64,000 bases of DNA from Octopus sinensis (taxonomy: Eukaryota), in NCBI RefSeq assembly GCF_006345805.1, contig NC_043001.1, positions 26,598,001-26,662,000 of the forward strand, in the 5' to 3' direction. Shown here piece by piece: positions 37,160 through 50,229 of the stretch. The position numbers and the translations under genes are program-made. Positions within the stretch are counted from its first letter, which is position 1; the number at the start of each line of letters is the position of its first letter. The notes below the pieces were generated by a model. It did not search any database. It worked only from the letters and a program-made list of their open reading frames with translations, and was not told the origin of the DNA.

Positions 37160-37545
37160 AAATTGAGTGGCTGTGTGGTAAGTAGCTTGCTTACCAACCA
37201 CATGGTTCCGGGTTCAGTCCCACTGCATGGCACCTTGGGCAAGTGTCTTCTACTATAGCCTTGGGCCAACCAAAGCCTTGTGAGTGGATTTGGTAGACGG
37301 AAACTGAAAGAAGCCCGTCGTATATATGTATTTATATATATGTGTGTGTCTGTGTTTGTCCCCCTAGCATTGCTTGACAACCGATGCTGGTGTGTTTATG
37401 TCCCCGTTAATTAGCGGTTTGGCAAAAGAGACCGATAGAATAAGTACTGGGCTTTCAAAAGAATAAGTCCCGGGGTCGATTTGCTCGATAAAAGGCAGTG
37501 CTCCAGCATGGCTGCAGTCAAATGACTGAAACAAGTAAAAGAGTA
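37160..37545 (+). mobile_element. SINE family A
   Basis: Near-identical to the 1727 copy. Confidence 0.9.
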
Positions 37546-38309
37546 TCTTGTTGAATCTAATAACATTTTTATAACAAATCACACTATGCCTACTGAGTAG
37601 GCCAAAAGTCAACAATATGTTGAAGTATTGAATCTAAAAAAATCTGACTCTTAATTTAATCTCTTGTCGCCACATGAACTCAATATTTTAGTGGGGAGAT
37701 CACCCAGTTTTTTAATGGCAATTTTTTAATGGGGGTGAGATAACCAAAAAGTACCTTTTATTTTTCAGATTGGCTTGCTAGTCTATTTTGTTTTAAGACA
37801 TGTCTATGATCAAAATCATTTCAGCTATGACTAACTCATCTTTTATTTCCAAACTTAGTTTACTCTAGACTAAATGTGTCCTTTTTTTTTTAAGATGGTG
37901 TTGTTTGTTAAAAGGAGATTTGGCTGATATTTCTTACTGGTTAAACGATTTTGTAGAGGCTCTAAAATACTGCGGGGTAGAAAGAAATAGAGTGATAGGA
38001 AGTGTGTAACATTTAAAGAAGTATCGTATAGAATAAGTAAGCTTAAAGAAAGGCAAACAAAATGACACATTTCTGCCAAGTTTACTAAATGGAAATCATT
38101 GAAACAAATTTCGTTTCGCATAAGCATCACCTCTTTAATGCTTAATAATAGTGACAATAACATCCTAGAGTGAAAGAATATGGACATAGTAAATTTGTAG
38201 ATATTACTGTACCATTTACCGCTTTTCTGTTTTTGCACTTCACCTATTTTCACTTTTAACACCTTCAACTTACATGTAAAGCCTAAGCGAAAAAATCGAA
38301 ATTGTGAGA

Positions 38310-39015
38310 TCATCATCATCGTCATCATTTAACGTCCGCTTTCCATGCTAGCATGGGTTGGACGATTTGACTGAGAAATGTGCGAACCAGATGGCTGCAC
38401 CAGGCTCCAATCTGATCTGGCAGAGTTTCTACAGCTGGATGCCCTTCCTAACGCCAACCACTCTGAGAGTATATATTTCTTTACTAGAGGGGACAAACAA
38501 GGACAGACAAACGGATTAAGTCAATTACATCGACGCCAGTGCGTAAATGGTACTTAATTTAATGACCCTGAAAGGATGAAAGGCAAAGTCGACCTCAGCG
38601 GAATTTGAACCCAGAACGTAACGGCAGATGAAATACGGCTATGCATTTCGCCCAGCGTGTTAACGTTTCTGCCAGCTCGCTACCTTCCACTCCGAGAGTA
38701 TAGTGGATGCTTTTATGTGCCACCGGCACAAGGGTCAGTCTGGCGGTACTGGCAACGGCCACGCTCAAATGGTGCTTTTTATGTGCCACCTGCCCAGGAG
38801 TCAGTCCAGCGGCACTGGCAACGACCTCGTTCGAATGTTTTGTTCACATGCCACCTGCACAAGTGCCAGTAAGGCGACTCTAGTAATGATCACGCTCAAA
38901 AGGTGCTTTTTACATGCCACCGGCACGGAAGCTACTCTGGCAGTGATCCCGCTTGGATGGAGCTGTTAGCATTCCACTGGCATAGCACCAGTCATCGAAT
39001 TCGGTTCAATTTCGA
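38310..39015 (-). mobile_element. RTE LINE 3'UTR and tail with a nested SINE C (about 38475-38685)
   Basis: RTE sequence ccactc.gagagtat is duplicated on both sides of the SINE. Confidence 0.85.
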
Positions 39016-40197
39016 GATGAAGTGCAGAATTGTATTAGAATGGTGATTGTAGGTATTCAATCATTTATTATTTAAATCTGTATTGTTATCCCTTCGAGAA
39101 AAGTTCGATTCATATTTTGAGTATCTCAGAGTTAGCAAACTGAACACAAAATATTATTGAATTCTGTTGATATTTGTTCTCAAACATTCTAGCAACAAAT
39201 ATGTCCTTTATTCTTCTAGAGAAATTGATGAAGATCAAGGGATTTTACAGCTGATTTAAGACCAATAGTGTCAAGCCCACAGTAATGCATACTCCTCTGT
39301 TGCATTATATTGAAAGAAAATTATTGCCATTTAAACATTTTTAAAAATCTTCTATATAATATATATATTAGCTAGTATGTTCTCAAAGCCGGAGCCCAAC
39401 AAGAGCCATGTAGATTTTAGGGAATCTTATATCACAATCAATATAAATGGAGCTTATAAATCTCAATACTAAAAGATGTAACCTATTTCCCCTTCATTTT
39501 GTCTATACATGTCGAACCAAACATAGTTTTGTTTTCTCTCAAATTTATGCACAATTTTATCAGAATGAATTCTTTTGATATGATCAATATTACAAGGAAT
39601 CTTTCCAACAAGCAATTAGTCTTCTTAAGAATTGCATGCATTTCTTTGGTTACTTTCTTTTGATGTTCTCACTCTAAGGGATCTTACTTAATAGGACTAC
39701 ATCTCTGCTATCACTTCATATTATTTCCTTTATTGCTGTAAGATGTATGTGTTTGTATGCAGGCGTGTATACAAAACAATGTTTGTGCGGGAACAAAATT
39801 TGCTTAAGGAATGCAAACTCAGTTTTTCAGGATGTTCAAAGTGTTTTCATTGCCCCTCCCCAACAAAAAAGAAAATTTCAGCGGTGCCCTATGACCCCTG
39901 CACCCCTGTTCCCGAGCCTATGTTAAACAAAGCAAAAGTCAAATACTAGAAAAGCCTACTAAAGAGTCTGCAAATTCATGAGTGACCAATTAGAAAGACA
40001 CATTTGGAAGAGAATGTAATGATTAACACCAATTCGAAAAAGGACAAACAAGAAAGTGTGTAAAAACTGGAGTAAGTTAACGAGTTGTGAGTAGAAAAGC
40101 AAAAATCTGTTCGGCACATTGCTTACTGAAGTGAATCTGGAATTACAGTTATCGGCGGATGTAGGGAGGCAATATTCAACTTTAGTAAGAACTTCAG

Positions 40198-40627
40198 GGA
40201 TCTTTTCAGTTTGAACGGTAGTTTTTAAAAATAATACCCACGTAACTAAACATTTTTAAACTTCGTATACTGGTAGAATGTGTTTATAAAACATCTTTTT
40301 CTCTTGGCTTTATTGAGAAAATTCTATAGCTTGTAAGATATTTGTTGTTTTTTTTCTTCAATTTCTGCAATTTCAACCAATCAATGACGTCTATTGAGGT
40401 AAAAAAAACATTCTGTGCCGTATGAATATGTCCCTCGTTTAAGAAACAGATTGGGTTTATTTACATTTGTGAAGAAAAAAAGATACCCTTCCCCCCACCT
40501 CTAACCCTAACTAACTCTAACCCTAAAACCGATTGAAATGCAATAGATCGATACTAGGGTCGTAATTATGGGTAACAATTTCATATGACACCGCTAGAAA
40601 AAACAGCCGTTCAAACCGAAAAGATCC
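40198..40627. mobile_element. MITE family G, Merlin-like (GG termini, ~21-bp TIR, 8-bp TSD)
   Basis: TIR ggatcttttc(a/g)gtttgaacgg; TSD aacttcag at 40190-40197 and 40628-40635. Confidence 0.88.
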
Positions 40628-42084
40628 AACTTCAGTTCTCCAAATGTAGACACAAGCCGTTTAACGTCTTTCTACTCTTCAGACGTGTTGAGCACAAAGC
40701 TACAAAAGGTGCTTCCTTTTTTAGTGATTATTTTCAAGCAAACCATGTGTGACAAAAAGTGACTTTAGGTAATTTTGAATTCTATGTCTTACCTAGCTGA
40801 CTTTTACTTTGCTAAGTCACCAATTTTAACATATTTGGAAGACGAGTAGCAGTTATACACGTCCAAAAGTTGGTGCTCACCAGTTCCAAACATAAAGGTT
40901 GTAGATTATTTTCAAATGTCGGTTTGATCACCAATGTTAGTGCTAACAAGAAAGTTTTTAAAGGAATAAGACGAATCTTTTACTTGAACATAAACATTTT
41001 ATCAAACGCTAAAAAGCTGGGTCACCGCAGACACAGAGAAATCATCGGGGAAATGATTTGCAAAAATGGATCACAAGATGTTGGTATTTTGAGCATGTGT
41101 GGCATAACATTAGTTGTGTATATGTGAGAACATCGTGGACACAAGAGCATTACATGTGTGTATGCTAGCATGAGGTAAGCTGTATTATATTAATAGCAGT
41201 TCTTTGTAAACTTAAGTGGCTGGGGTGAGTATGACAACAAAAACAGTGGCTGCTGTACAACAACAGCCGGACAACAAAGTATTGTGTCACACGATCTCTT
41301 CCCTTTCTTGAATATTAGACACTGAGAAATGACTCTCTCTCTCTCTCTACTCCTTCTCTCTTATGATAATGATTACCAAAATGAGTTCTAAAACAAAATG
41401 GTCAAATGGTCACAGCTGACCATTTGAATGACACTAACGAATGAAATTTTTGTTACTTATGTAACGAGGTTGCTTTGGCACCATTGTTGTGGTGGCTGTT
41501 TGTTGGTGTATGGACGGTGTTGAAGACCATCGTCGTGTGATCTAGTTGGCTGCGTGTACCCTAAATAAAGTAACACATGACCTTTTAACTTGTAATATAT
41601 TTATTGCTGGTCATGATTTACTGTATTGGTTGTATACGAAAGAAAGATGTTAATAAAAAAAAAAACACCAACAGGGAGCCAAGAACTGCGCTGTCTGGTA
41701 GAATGCTGACTGTGGTACATCGTGTGTGAGTGTCCAAAGTCATTTCTGGCTCAAGATGGTCTGGCTGAGTTAGGTATCAAACGGATTTTATAGGGTGAAA
41801 GAAAATGAATTTTAGATTATCCAAGGAGCCATATCACGCCAAAGCTTCGTGCTGATTGGTCGATTTATAGATCGGTCACTTGAAACTGTGTTGGCTTACA
41901 CATGATCCATATCTGAATATCTTGAGGTTGGGGTTCGAATCTCTACACTAGATTACCAAACAAACAAGAAATAAAACATACTCCTGGGAGTTTTCCATGA
42001 AATTTTAGATATGTCAAAATTTCAGTAAACCCCGAACTGAGGTTTTGAATCTTTCCAAAACTGACATTACAGACCTATTCAAGA

Positions 42085-43750
42085 GAAGGTGCAGAAATGA
42101 TGAGGGAGCAAAACTGTGAAAAAATACCCCCCCCCCAAACTGAAGGGCTTCGGGGGACAGTCAGTCCAAGACTCTACCGACATATGGTCTCAGTTTAGCA
42201 ATTTTAAGGGGTTCCATTTTTACTAAACGTGGAAGATCATTATGGTTCAAACAGAAATTGAATCAACATTCTAACTACAAACTCTTGGTCCACTTGCAAT
42301 AAATCTCGGCATTTTTGTTAGGATCTTTTCGGTTTGAACGACAGTTTTTCAAGTGGTGTCATATGAAATTGTCACCCATAATTATGACCCTAGTATTGAT
42401 CTATTGCATTTCAATCTGTTTTAGGGTTAAGGGTGGGGGGAAGGGTATCTTTTTTTCTTTAGAAATGTAAATAAATCCAATCTGTTTCTTAAACGAGGGA
42501 CATATTCATACGGCACAGAATGCTTTTTAACTCAATAGACGTCAGTGATTGGTTGAAATTGCAGAAATTGAAGAAAAAAAAACAACAAATATCTTACAAG
42601 CTATAGAATTTTCTCAAAACAACAAAGAGAAAAAGATGTTTTATAAACACATTCTACTAGTATACGAAGTTTAAAAGTGTTTAGTTACGTGGAAATTATT
42701 TTAAAAAACCTCCGTTCAAACCGAAAAGATCCTTGTTAATTAATGCTTTTAATGTTTCTTTTGTTCTTAGCCAAGAAACAAGAAAATAGTTTTACTTTGT
42801 GTCTTCAAATATTTTTTCACTAATTAGGAATGTCAGCTTGACCTTCTGTGACTTTATACTATCATTGCTTTTGTCAACATTGTAATATATAAATTTTATA
42901 GTTTGTCAGCTCCAGGTATATATAGTTGACATGTGACAGTTGCAGCCTTGTGTGTTGTTTTAACATTATTATTACACGCATTTTAGCCTCTGGCTCTGGT
43001 TGAAGCCATCTATAACATCATTGCCACTACAACACATTATCATCAGCGACAGTGAGAGACCATCTAAGTAATTTCGACTGTTTACAAGTAGCATGTCTCA
43101 ATATGTCATATCCACATACTGTGAAACACTTTTTAAAATTACTATCCAGCTTGCCACCTATTGTTAGCACAAAACATACACATATGCAATCAAGTATCGA
43201 AGCATACATTCTCTCATACAATGCTAAATGGAAATTTTCGTTACCGAAATATTTCTCTAAATATTCTTGTAGAAGTTCAGAAAATATCTTATATAGCGTT
43301 TGAAAATAAATATTTTTTATATTGCGGAGTTGACATGCAAACTTTATTTTTGCCAGTCATTTCTCAACAACAATAAACAACTGGTGGCCTCAACTGAAAG
43401 ACCGAAACTTTCCTATTCAAAGAAAGAATGACTCTTCAACACCCAAACGTTAAATAGAAATGACAAAAGACTTGAATAAAGTTGAAAACTATTCAATGCA
43501 GGAAATGTAAGCACTTCAACCTGGCCGATAATAAACAGCAAATAAAAGTCGTACATTCAAATAAACAGGTATAGACAGTGTTCAAAGGTTCATTGCTAAA
43601 ATCTCATATTTTACAACATATTAGAATCAATGTAAAAGGTTTTCTTTTCCATTGTGTGAGTGAAGAATAAAAAAATAGATGAGGCACAATTGCGAGACAT
43701 GGAGTCATTTTGGCAGTGACGTGTCTTCAACTAGATTCATTATTTATAGT
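42085..43750 (+). repeat. Duplicated block X, copy 1 (partner 52861-55078)
   Basis: Collinear similarity from gtgcagaaatgatgaggga to ctagattcattatttatagt. Confidence 0.9.
42321..42732. mobile_element. MITE family G, inverted relative to the 40198 copy
   Basis: Both TIRs present; the site is empty in block X copy 2. Confidence 0.9.
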
Positions 43751-43960
43751 GTAGCGTACACTCAAGTGAAATTCCTCTCCCCTTTTTTATATATATGTAC
43801 ATTCAAACGTAGCAGATAACAGTTAACCTTTGGCCGCTATTTGGACCCCATTTGTGCCTACTACTCTGATTGGTTGGTATTAGCGCAATTTGTCTCTTAC
43901 TCTGTCACGCCAATCTGCAGTGTATAACCAATTGGAGCTCTAAATAAAATCACGTGAGAC
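43738..43960. promoter_or_regulatory. Promoter-like motif cluster
   Basis: Minus-strand ctataaata at about 43740-43748, three CCAAT/ATTGG motifs at about 43868-43935, TCACGTGA at 43950-43957. Motif match only. Confidence 0.3.
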
Positions 43961-44049
43961 AGCCTGTTCTCAACCCCATTCGAACCTACTGTTCCTTATT
44001 AAAAACTTACCTTCTTCTCGTCTCGATGTCTTTGGTTCCAGACCTTTTA

Positions 44050-44410
44050 AGGTCTAGCCACTGACTACACAAGACACAGCCAGTTCCAGCGACGGTAGAA
44101 CAATTTTTATTATTGACTCGGTTGAAAGTTGTACTCTTCCCAGACGTGATAGCAGTTGTTTGACATAAACCCTCAATTCTGAAAGTTTCAGATGCTGCAC
44201 GATTGCATGCAGAACAGTTTTACTGCTCTGCTCGCATCTTGGGAAAGTGGGGGAAAACGAAGAGCCGTGCATGGCAAGTTTATCCCAAACTAGTAAGGCT
44301 CTTCGGTAACATTGCCATCCCAGGGACTTTTAGAAATTGTCCATAGACCCTGACTTGAATGTTCTCCGGAACAGGCTGGCAAGTTGACCATCATCGAAGC
44401 CCGTTACAAC
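44050..44410 (-). mobile_element. L1/Tx1-like LINE ORF2 C-terminal (zf-RVT-like) remnant
   Basis: SLGWQCYRRALLVWDKLAMHG..PTFPRCEQSSKTVLHAIVQ. Confidence 0.55.
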
Positions 44411-44436
44411 TAGTGATCCTGATGTGATTAGTTGTA

Positions 44437-44810
44437 ACGCAATGGCCCAGTGGTTAGGGCAGCGGACTCGCGGTTGGAGGATCGCGGTTTCGATTCCCAG
44501 ACCGGGCATTGTGAGTGTTTATTGAGCAAAAACACCTAAAGCTCCACGAGGCTCCGGCAGGGGATGGTGGTGATCCCTGCTGTACTCTTTCACCACAACT
44601 TTCTCTCACTCTTACTTCCTGTTTCTGTTGTACCTGTATTTCAAAGTGCCAGCCTTGTCACAATCTGTGTCACGCTGAATCTCCTCGAGAACTACGTTAA
44701 GGGTACACGTGTCTGTGGAGTGCTCAGCCACTTGCACGTTAATATCACGAGCAAGCTGTTCCGTTGATCGTATCAGCTGGGACCCTCATCGTCGCAACCG
44801 ACGGAGACCT
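44437..44810 (+). mobile_element. tRNA-derived SINE, fourth family
   Basis: Head gcgcaatggcccagtggttagggcagcggactcgcgg...ggtttcgattccc with A/B boxes. Confidence 0.75.
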
Positions 44811-45589
44811 CCTAGTTGCAACGGTAAATGTTTGATTTGTAAACAATAATATGTTGATGTTGAAGTCAGTTGGTGTGACGATAAATATTTTGTTATACTC
44901 ACATGTTGTAAAATGTGTAAGAATGACAAATGCATGAAGTTTAAAGAAAATATTTATTTACTGTTACGTTACAATACCTTGCCTTGACCGGCAGGTTAAG
45001 GTAAATCCAAAAGCATGCAAATGAAAGGTTTGTGTTTGTGTCCTCTTCATTGTTTAGTAGTAGTAATTGCTGAGAGAGATAGAATTAGAGCTAGTGAGAA
45101 TTGTAGGGTGTGGGACGTTGCTGACAGTAAACTTCATTTCTCTCTCTGACCAAAGTTCTAGCTGGTCAGCCAGACTTTGTTCTCTCTGAGTTGTCACCGC
45201 AGTGACTAACTGATTTTTGCTTGGGGTGTGATTGCTTATATAACTATCCAGAAGGATTGATATATCATTGAAAACAATAGATTTAGTTTGTGGTCTTGTT
45301 ATCTTTACTCTAGCTTTTGGTGAAGTAGAAGAGGTTAGAAAGGGTCAGGCCTAGCTAAAGGCATCTGGAAAATGTAAAATTGCTGTCAGAGGAAAACCAT
45401 TGTTTCTTCATGGGAAAAGCTCTGTTGCAGTGTTAATTTAAATTTGGCTGTGGTGGATCGAATCCACTTGATGCATGCAAGATTTGCTACACACATATGT
45501 ATTTGTATGCACATGCATAGATGTATATATAAATATGCGTATGTATGTGTGTGAGTAGCTGTGTGTGTACTGATAGCTGACTGGTAAGA

Positions 45590-46430
45590 AGTTTGTATCT
45601 GCACCAAACTATTACGGGTTAAGTCCCACAGTGGGACACCTTGGGGAACTCTCGTTTAGTATAACCCCGTGGCGACCAAAGCCTTGTGAGTGAATTTGGT
45701 AGACGGAATGTGTGTGTATGTGTGCGCGTGCGTGTGCATGTGTGTATGTGTGCACGGGCGTGTGTGTGTGTATGTGTGCACGGGCGTGAGTGTGCGTGCG
45801 CGCGTATTTCTGTCTGTGTTTGTCCATCACAACCGCTAAACAACCGGTGCTGGTTGTTTACGTCCCTGTAACTAAGCGGTTCTGCAAAAAGAAACCGTTA
45901 GAATAAGTGCCAGGCTGAAAAAAATGAGCACTGGGGTCATGACTAGATTAACCATAAAGCAAAACAAGCACGCGCGACATCAAGGGATGAGGGCACCATC
46001 GAAAATGAAAATGGTTTACGGCACGAAAGAAATCACTTTTAACTTGCTAAAAATAATATTCGTAATGCCTTGTCTCTTCTAAGTATAGAAGCAGAAGTGT
46101 TACGTAAAAACCCTAAATTTAATAACATCATCGAAGACTTTGCCGTTAAAAAAAGGGAGAAAACTTTTCAAATATAAACAAAGTGGAAGCATACAAAAAT
46201 AAATCTTACTTTCTATCTTATTGTTAATTTTGTTTCATTTAAAAAAAAAAAAAAATTATTTCATAGTTTATTATTCTTTACCATCTTGAATTACTTTTGT
46301 TTACATTTTGAAACATTTACATATATTTGAGGGCACCAAAACCTTTTAAGTCCTCAGGGCCTCTATGGGCCTAAATCCGGCCCTGGCTGGGGTCGATTCG
46401 TTGACTAAAAACTTCAAGGCTGTGCCACAG
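45590..46430 (+). mobile_element. SINE A split by a hAT-like non-autonomous element (about 45938-46385)
   Basis: ctggggt duplicated at both ends of the insert; right TIR aatccggccctg. Confidence 0.7.
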
Positions 46431-46470
46431 TCTTAATAGTGTACATTAAGTTTGGAATATTATATATATA

Positions 46471-46971
46471 CTAGCAGTATCGCCCGGCGTTGCACGGGTT
46501 TGTAAGGGAAATAACTATATAAGCATTTTTAGAGAGTTACTTCCCTTATAGATGCCAATTCGGGCTTTCTTAGCCATTTCTGTTTTGGTGTCTTCAAGCC
46601 ATGAAGTCGTTGTTCTAAAAGAACGCTGGTCTCCTTGACAACGCATTACGACGTTGATTTCCTTACACTCCCTTCCCCACAGCTTCACGAGGGAGGGAAG
46701 AAGGGGGAGAAGCAAACAGGTGCAGGTGTGACCATGGACGCCAACTCCGCCGCCATCGACACACGAAAAATATGTATTAAAATGGAATAAAAAATGATGT
46801 TAAATTATTTTTAACATCGTAGACGCGCGCTAATACTCAGACGGGCTCGATATGAATCACGACTATAAGATACCCGAATTTGGTTAAACTGCACCGCAAA
46901 ATGTGGGAATAGTTAGGAATCTAAATCGAAGGGGACAGACACTCACACAACTACAGTTTTATATATATAGA
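46471..46971 (-). mobile_element. Non-autonomous Helitron with an extra ~210-bp GC-rich internal module
   Basis: Same A|TC start, hairpin and CTAG|T end as the 33148 copy; different interior. Confidence 0.85.
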
Positions 46972-47978
46972 TATTTTCATGCTCTACACGTCTTTTATTA
47001 GAACATTTAAATACAAAGAAACAGGAAATAAGAAAGAAAAATGAAAAAAAAGGGGGGGGGAGAAAAAGGTATGTGTGTGTGGGTAGAGGAGGTGGGTAAA
47101 GCAGCGGAAGATGGAGAGGGAAGGGTCGATGGGTCACATATCCCAGACCAAGTGGGGTGTCAGCCGCGCGGCGCGGTGATGACCGCGATGGCCTTACTGC
47201 GGAGAATGGCCAGCAACACTCGCTGTTGCAGTTACTCCATCTCACAAGGCACATGCATTTTACTTTCTCCACATATATTTTGCTGCTATGTAAGTTCGGT
47301 CACTATTTTATTGGCATCTTTATGAATATAAGGAGGAACTTTTGCAAGTTTTTTCTGTCCCTAATAATTTTCACGCGTCCTGATTTTGGTACATAAAATT
47401 TAAAACATAGAATGGAGTTTTGAATAGCTTTTAGTATGAATTTTAAAGAAAGGACTTTCACACGCCTTAATTTCTGAAAGCAATTTGTAAAGATATGAAC
47501 CACAAATATAATTTAAAATAGGCTGAGTAAATGTCGGCTATATGACCTAAATATAATTCTATAATTGCTGATGATAAGGATTAATAAGATAGGTGTAATC
47601 ACAAGAAAGATTAACATTAGTGATGTAAGGGAAATAATTAATGTTGAGAATTAAAAGTAGTTTCCCTTAAGCACCTATGTTCTAGCCAAGCAACTGAGGA
47701 AACTGCAAGAAATAACAATCAAATGTCCTTCAAACCATACCTTACTTTACAGTCTTTGGAATAAAAATATATTGAATAATATAGTTCTGGATACGCTCTG
47801 TCCAGGAAAAAGACATAGTCAAGCTTGAATACTTTTGATCATAGCTCTAATCAAGGATGAGAAGAACTTATTGAGATTTATATTTTATAGGCTATAGATA
47901 TGTGTGCATGTATATTTATTCATTTGTTTTTATAGGTAGTCTTCCTTTAGTACATCTTGGGACATGAATATACATAAT

Positions 47979-48375
47979 AGGAGTGGCTGTGTGGTAAGTA
48001 GCTTGCTTACCAACCACATGGTCCCGGGTTCATTCCCACTGCGTGGCACCTTGGGCAAGTGTCTTCTATTATAGCCTTGGGCCGACCAAAGCCTTGTGAG
48101 TGGATTTGGTAGGCGGAAACTGAAAGAAGCCCATCACATATATGTATGTGTGTGTATATGTTTGCGTGTGTATATGTTTCCACCCCTAACATCACTTGAC
48201 AACTAATGGTGGTGTGTTTAAGTCCCCATAACTAAGCGGTTCAGCAAAAGAGACTGATAGAATAAGTACTAACTAGGCTTCCAAAGAATAAGTCCTGAGG
48301 TCGATTTGCTTGACTAAAGGTGGTGCTCCGGCATGGCCACAGTCAAATGACTGAAACAAGTAAAAGAGTAAAGAG
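47979..48375 (+). mobile_element. SINE family A
   Basis: Family A motifs. Confidence 0.9.
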
Positions 48376-49520
48376 TTATACAGAAATGAATTTTTTTTTT
48401 AATAGAAATAGTTAATTTTTATGACTTCCTCTTCATTATTATATGAAATGGTTGAAAATCAGTTTTCCACCATGTGTAATATTAAAAAAAAAAAAAATTT
48501 ATGGGGTCGGGTACAAAAGAAGTCTTTCCAGGTAGTTTATCTGATGATTAATATTTGTTGGTTTAAAGGTGGCAAGCTGGGCAAAACGCTTAGTGGCGTT
48601 TTGTTTGTCTCTACATTCTGAGTTCAATTTCTGCTATGGTTGACTTTGTCTTTCATCCTGGTTGGTAAAATAAGTACCAGTTGAGTATTGGAGTCGAATT
48701 AATTGATTTACCTTTCCATTGAAATCGCTAACCCTGTATCAAAGTTTGAAATCGATATTTGTTGGTTTAATTTTGGTTGGCGTGATCAAGGAGCAAAGAT
48801 TAAGATTGTAGCTGAATAATAAACCAACCTCCTAGAAGTCGTAGGTCTACTCAGTTAGAGATGACATGGATCTATACAATGCCTGTTTGTTCAGACTAAC
48901 CCAGAAGCAAAGAAATCCTTTTAATTCCACATTGCTCTTCCTTCCCCCCACCCCAACCAACCTCCCACACTGCCCCTTAAAATAGCAAACAATCCTTAGC
49001 TACACAAAATAAAAAATCTTAGGAAGACAGGTTGGTTCCACTCAAATTCTTCGTAAACTCTTAAATATATCTCCTTCTGTGTATATATATATATATATAT
49101 ACTACCATACAAACATGATTTTTATTGAGCTCCTAATACTTTTTTGTGTATGTATATAGATACTACCAAACAAACAAACATGATTTTTATTGAACACCTA
49201 ATACTTTTTGTTGAATATTTTCTTAAATACTTTCTTGTAAACTGTTTTTAACATTTTCATTTATTATCAAAGAATGTATTTATGTATTTTAATACTTTTG
49301 TGACCACCAGTACTTAACACAACAAAGCTTTACATTTTACTTTTGACAATCTTTTTCTAAAAAAAGTGAAACTGGTCAAGTGAATAAACATCTTTTAAAA
49401 TTACATTTTCAAACCTTCTTTCATATATATTTCCTCTTGTGCGGTACCTTACAACTTCACTTTGTTATATATATATACTTATACATACATACATACATTA
49501 TATAGAGAGAATTGCATGGG

Positions 49521-50225
49521 ACCTTGGGCAAGTGTCTTCTACGATAGCCCCTGGCTGACCAAAGCCTTGTGAGTAGATTTGATTGACAAAAACTGAAAGA
49601 AGTTGGTCTCATATATCTATGTTGTTGCTGGCCTATCGTGACATCATGTGATAGTTAAACCTGGAAAAAGTGGACTATGATGATAACAGCGACAAGGCAG
49701 GTTTCACAAGTCTAAAATAAAGATATCTGAATGATTGAATTTAGGAAATCTAGAAATTCCTTTAGTCAACCTCTAGACAATTCATTAAACTAATTTGGAA
49801 GAATATAATTTTAATGTGTATATGAAACTGCATTCCCAAATCATTTTCTCAACATGCTGACATGAAACAGTTTTCAGTGTTACATAATATAAACACAAAA
49901 TAAACTGGATGATGACTTGAATGCCACCTGCATACTATTAAAATGCACAACTCTTGCTTGAAGCAACTGTCTTTCTGAGCACAATAACATCAGTTAATGT
50001 CACTTTTCCATGCTGGCATGGGTTGGATGGCTTGACTGGAGCTGGCTAGCTGAAGAGCTGCTTGAGCTCCGTGTTTGTTTTGGCATTGTTTCTATGGCTG
50101 GATGCTCTTCCTAAAGCCAACAACATTAGAGTGTGAGTGCTAATTACATGGCACCAGCACAGCCATAAGTTGTGACTACCTAAAAATATATTATTGCTCT
50201 AATGCTTTAGAGCAGCGGCTTCCAA
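49521..50225 (+). repeat. Duplicated block Y, copy 1 (partner 59272-59820)
   Basis: Shared junctions of SINE fragment, unique DNA, RTE fragment and hAT TIR start. Confidence 0.9.
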
Positions 50226-50229
50226 TGAC

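Noticed and set aside
40498-40527. Telomere-like (ctaacc)n run
   Set aside because: It is an internal part of MITE family G, with related runs in the other copies.
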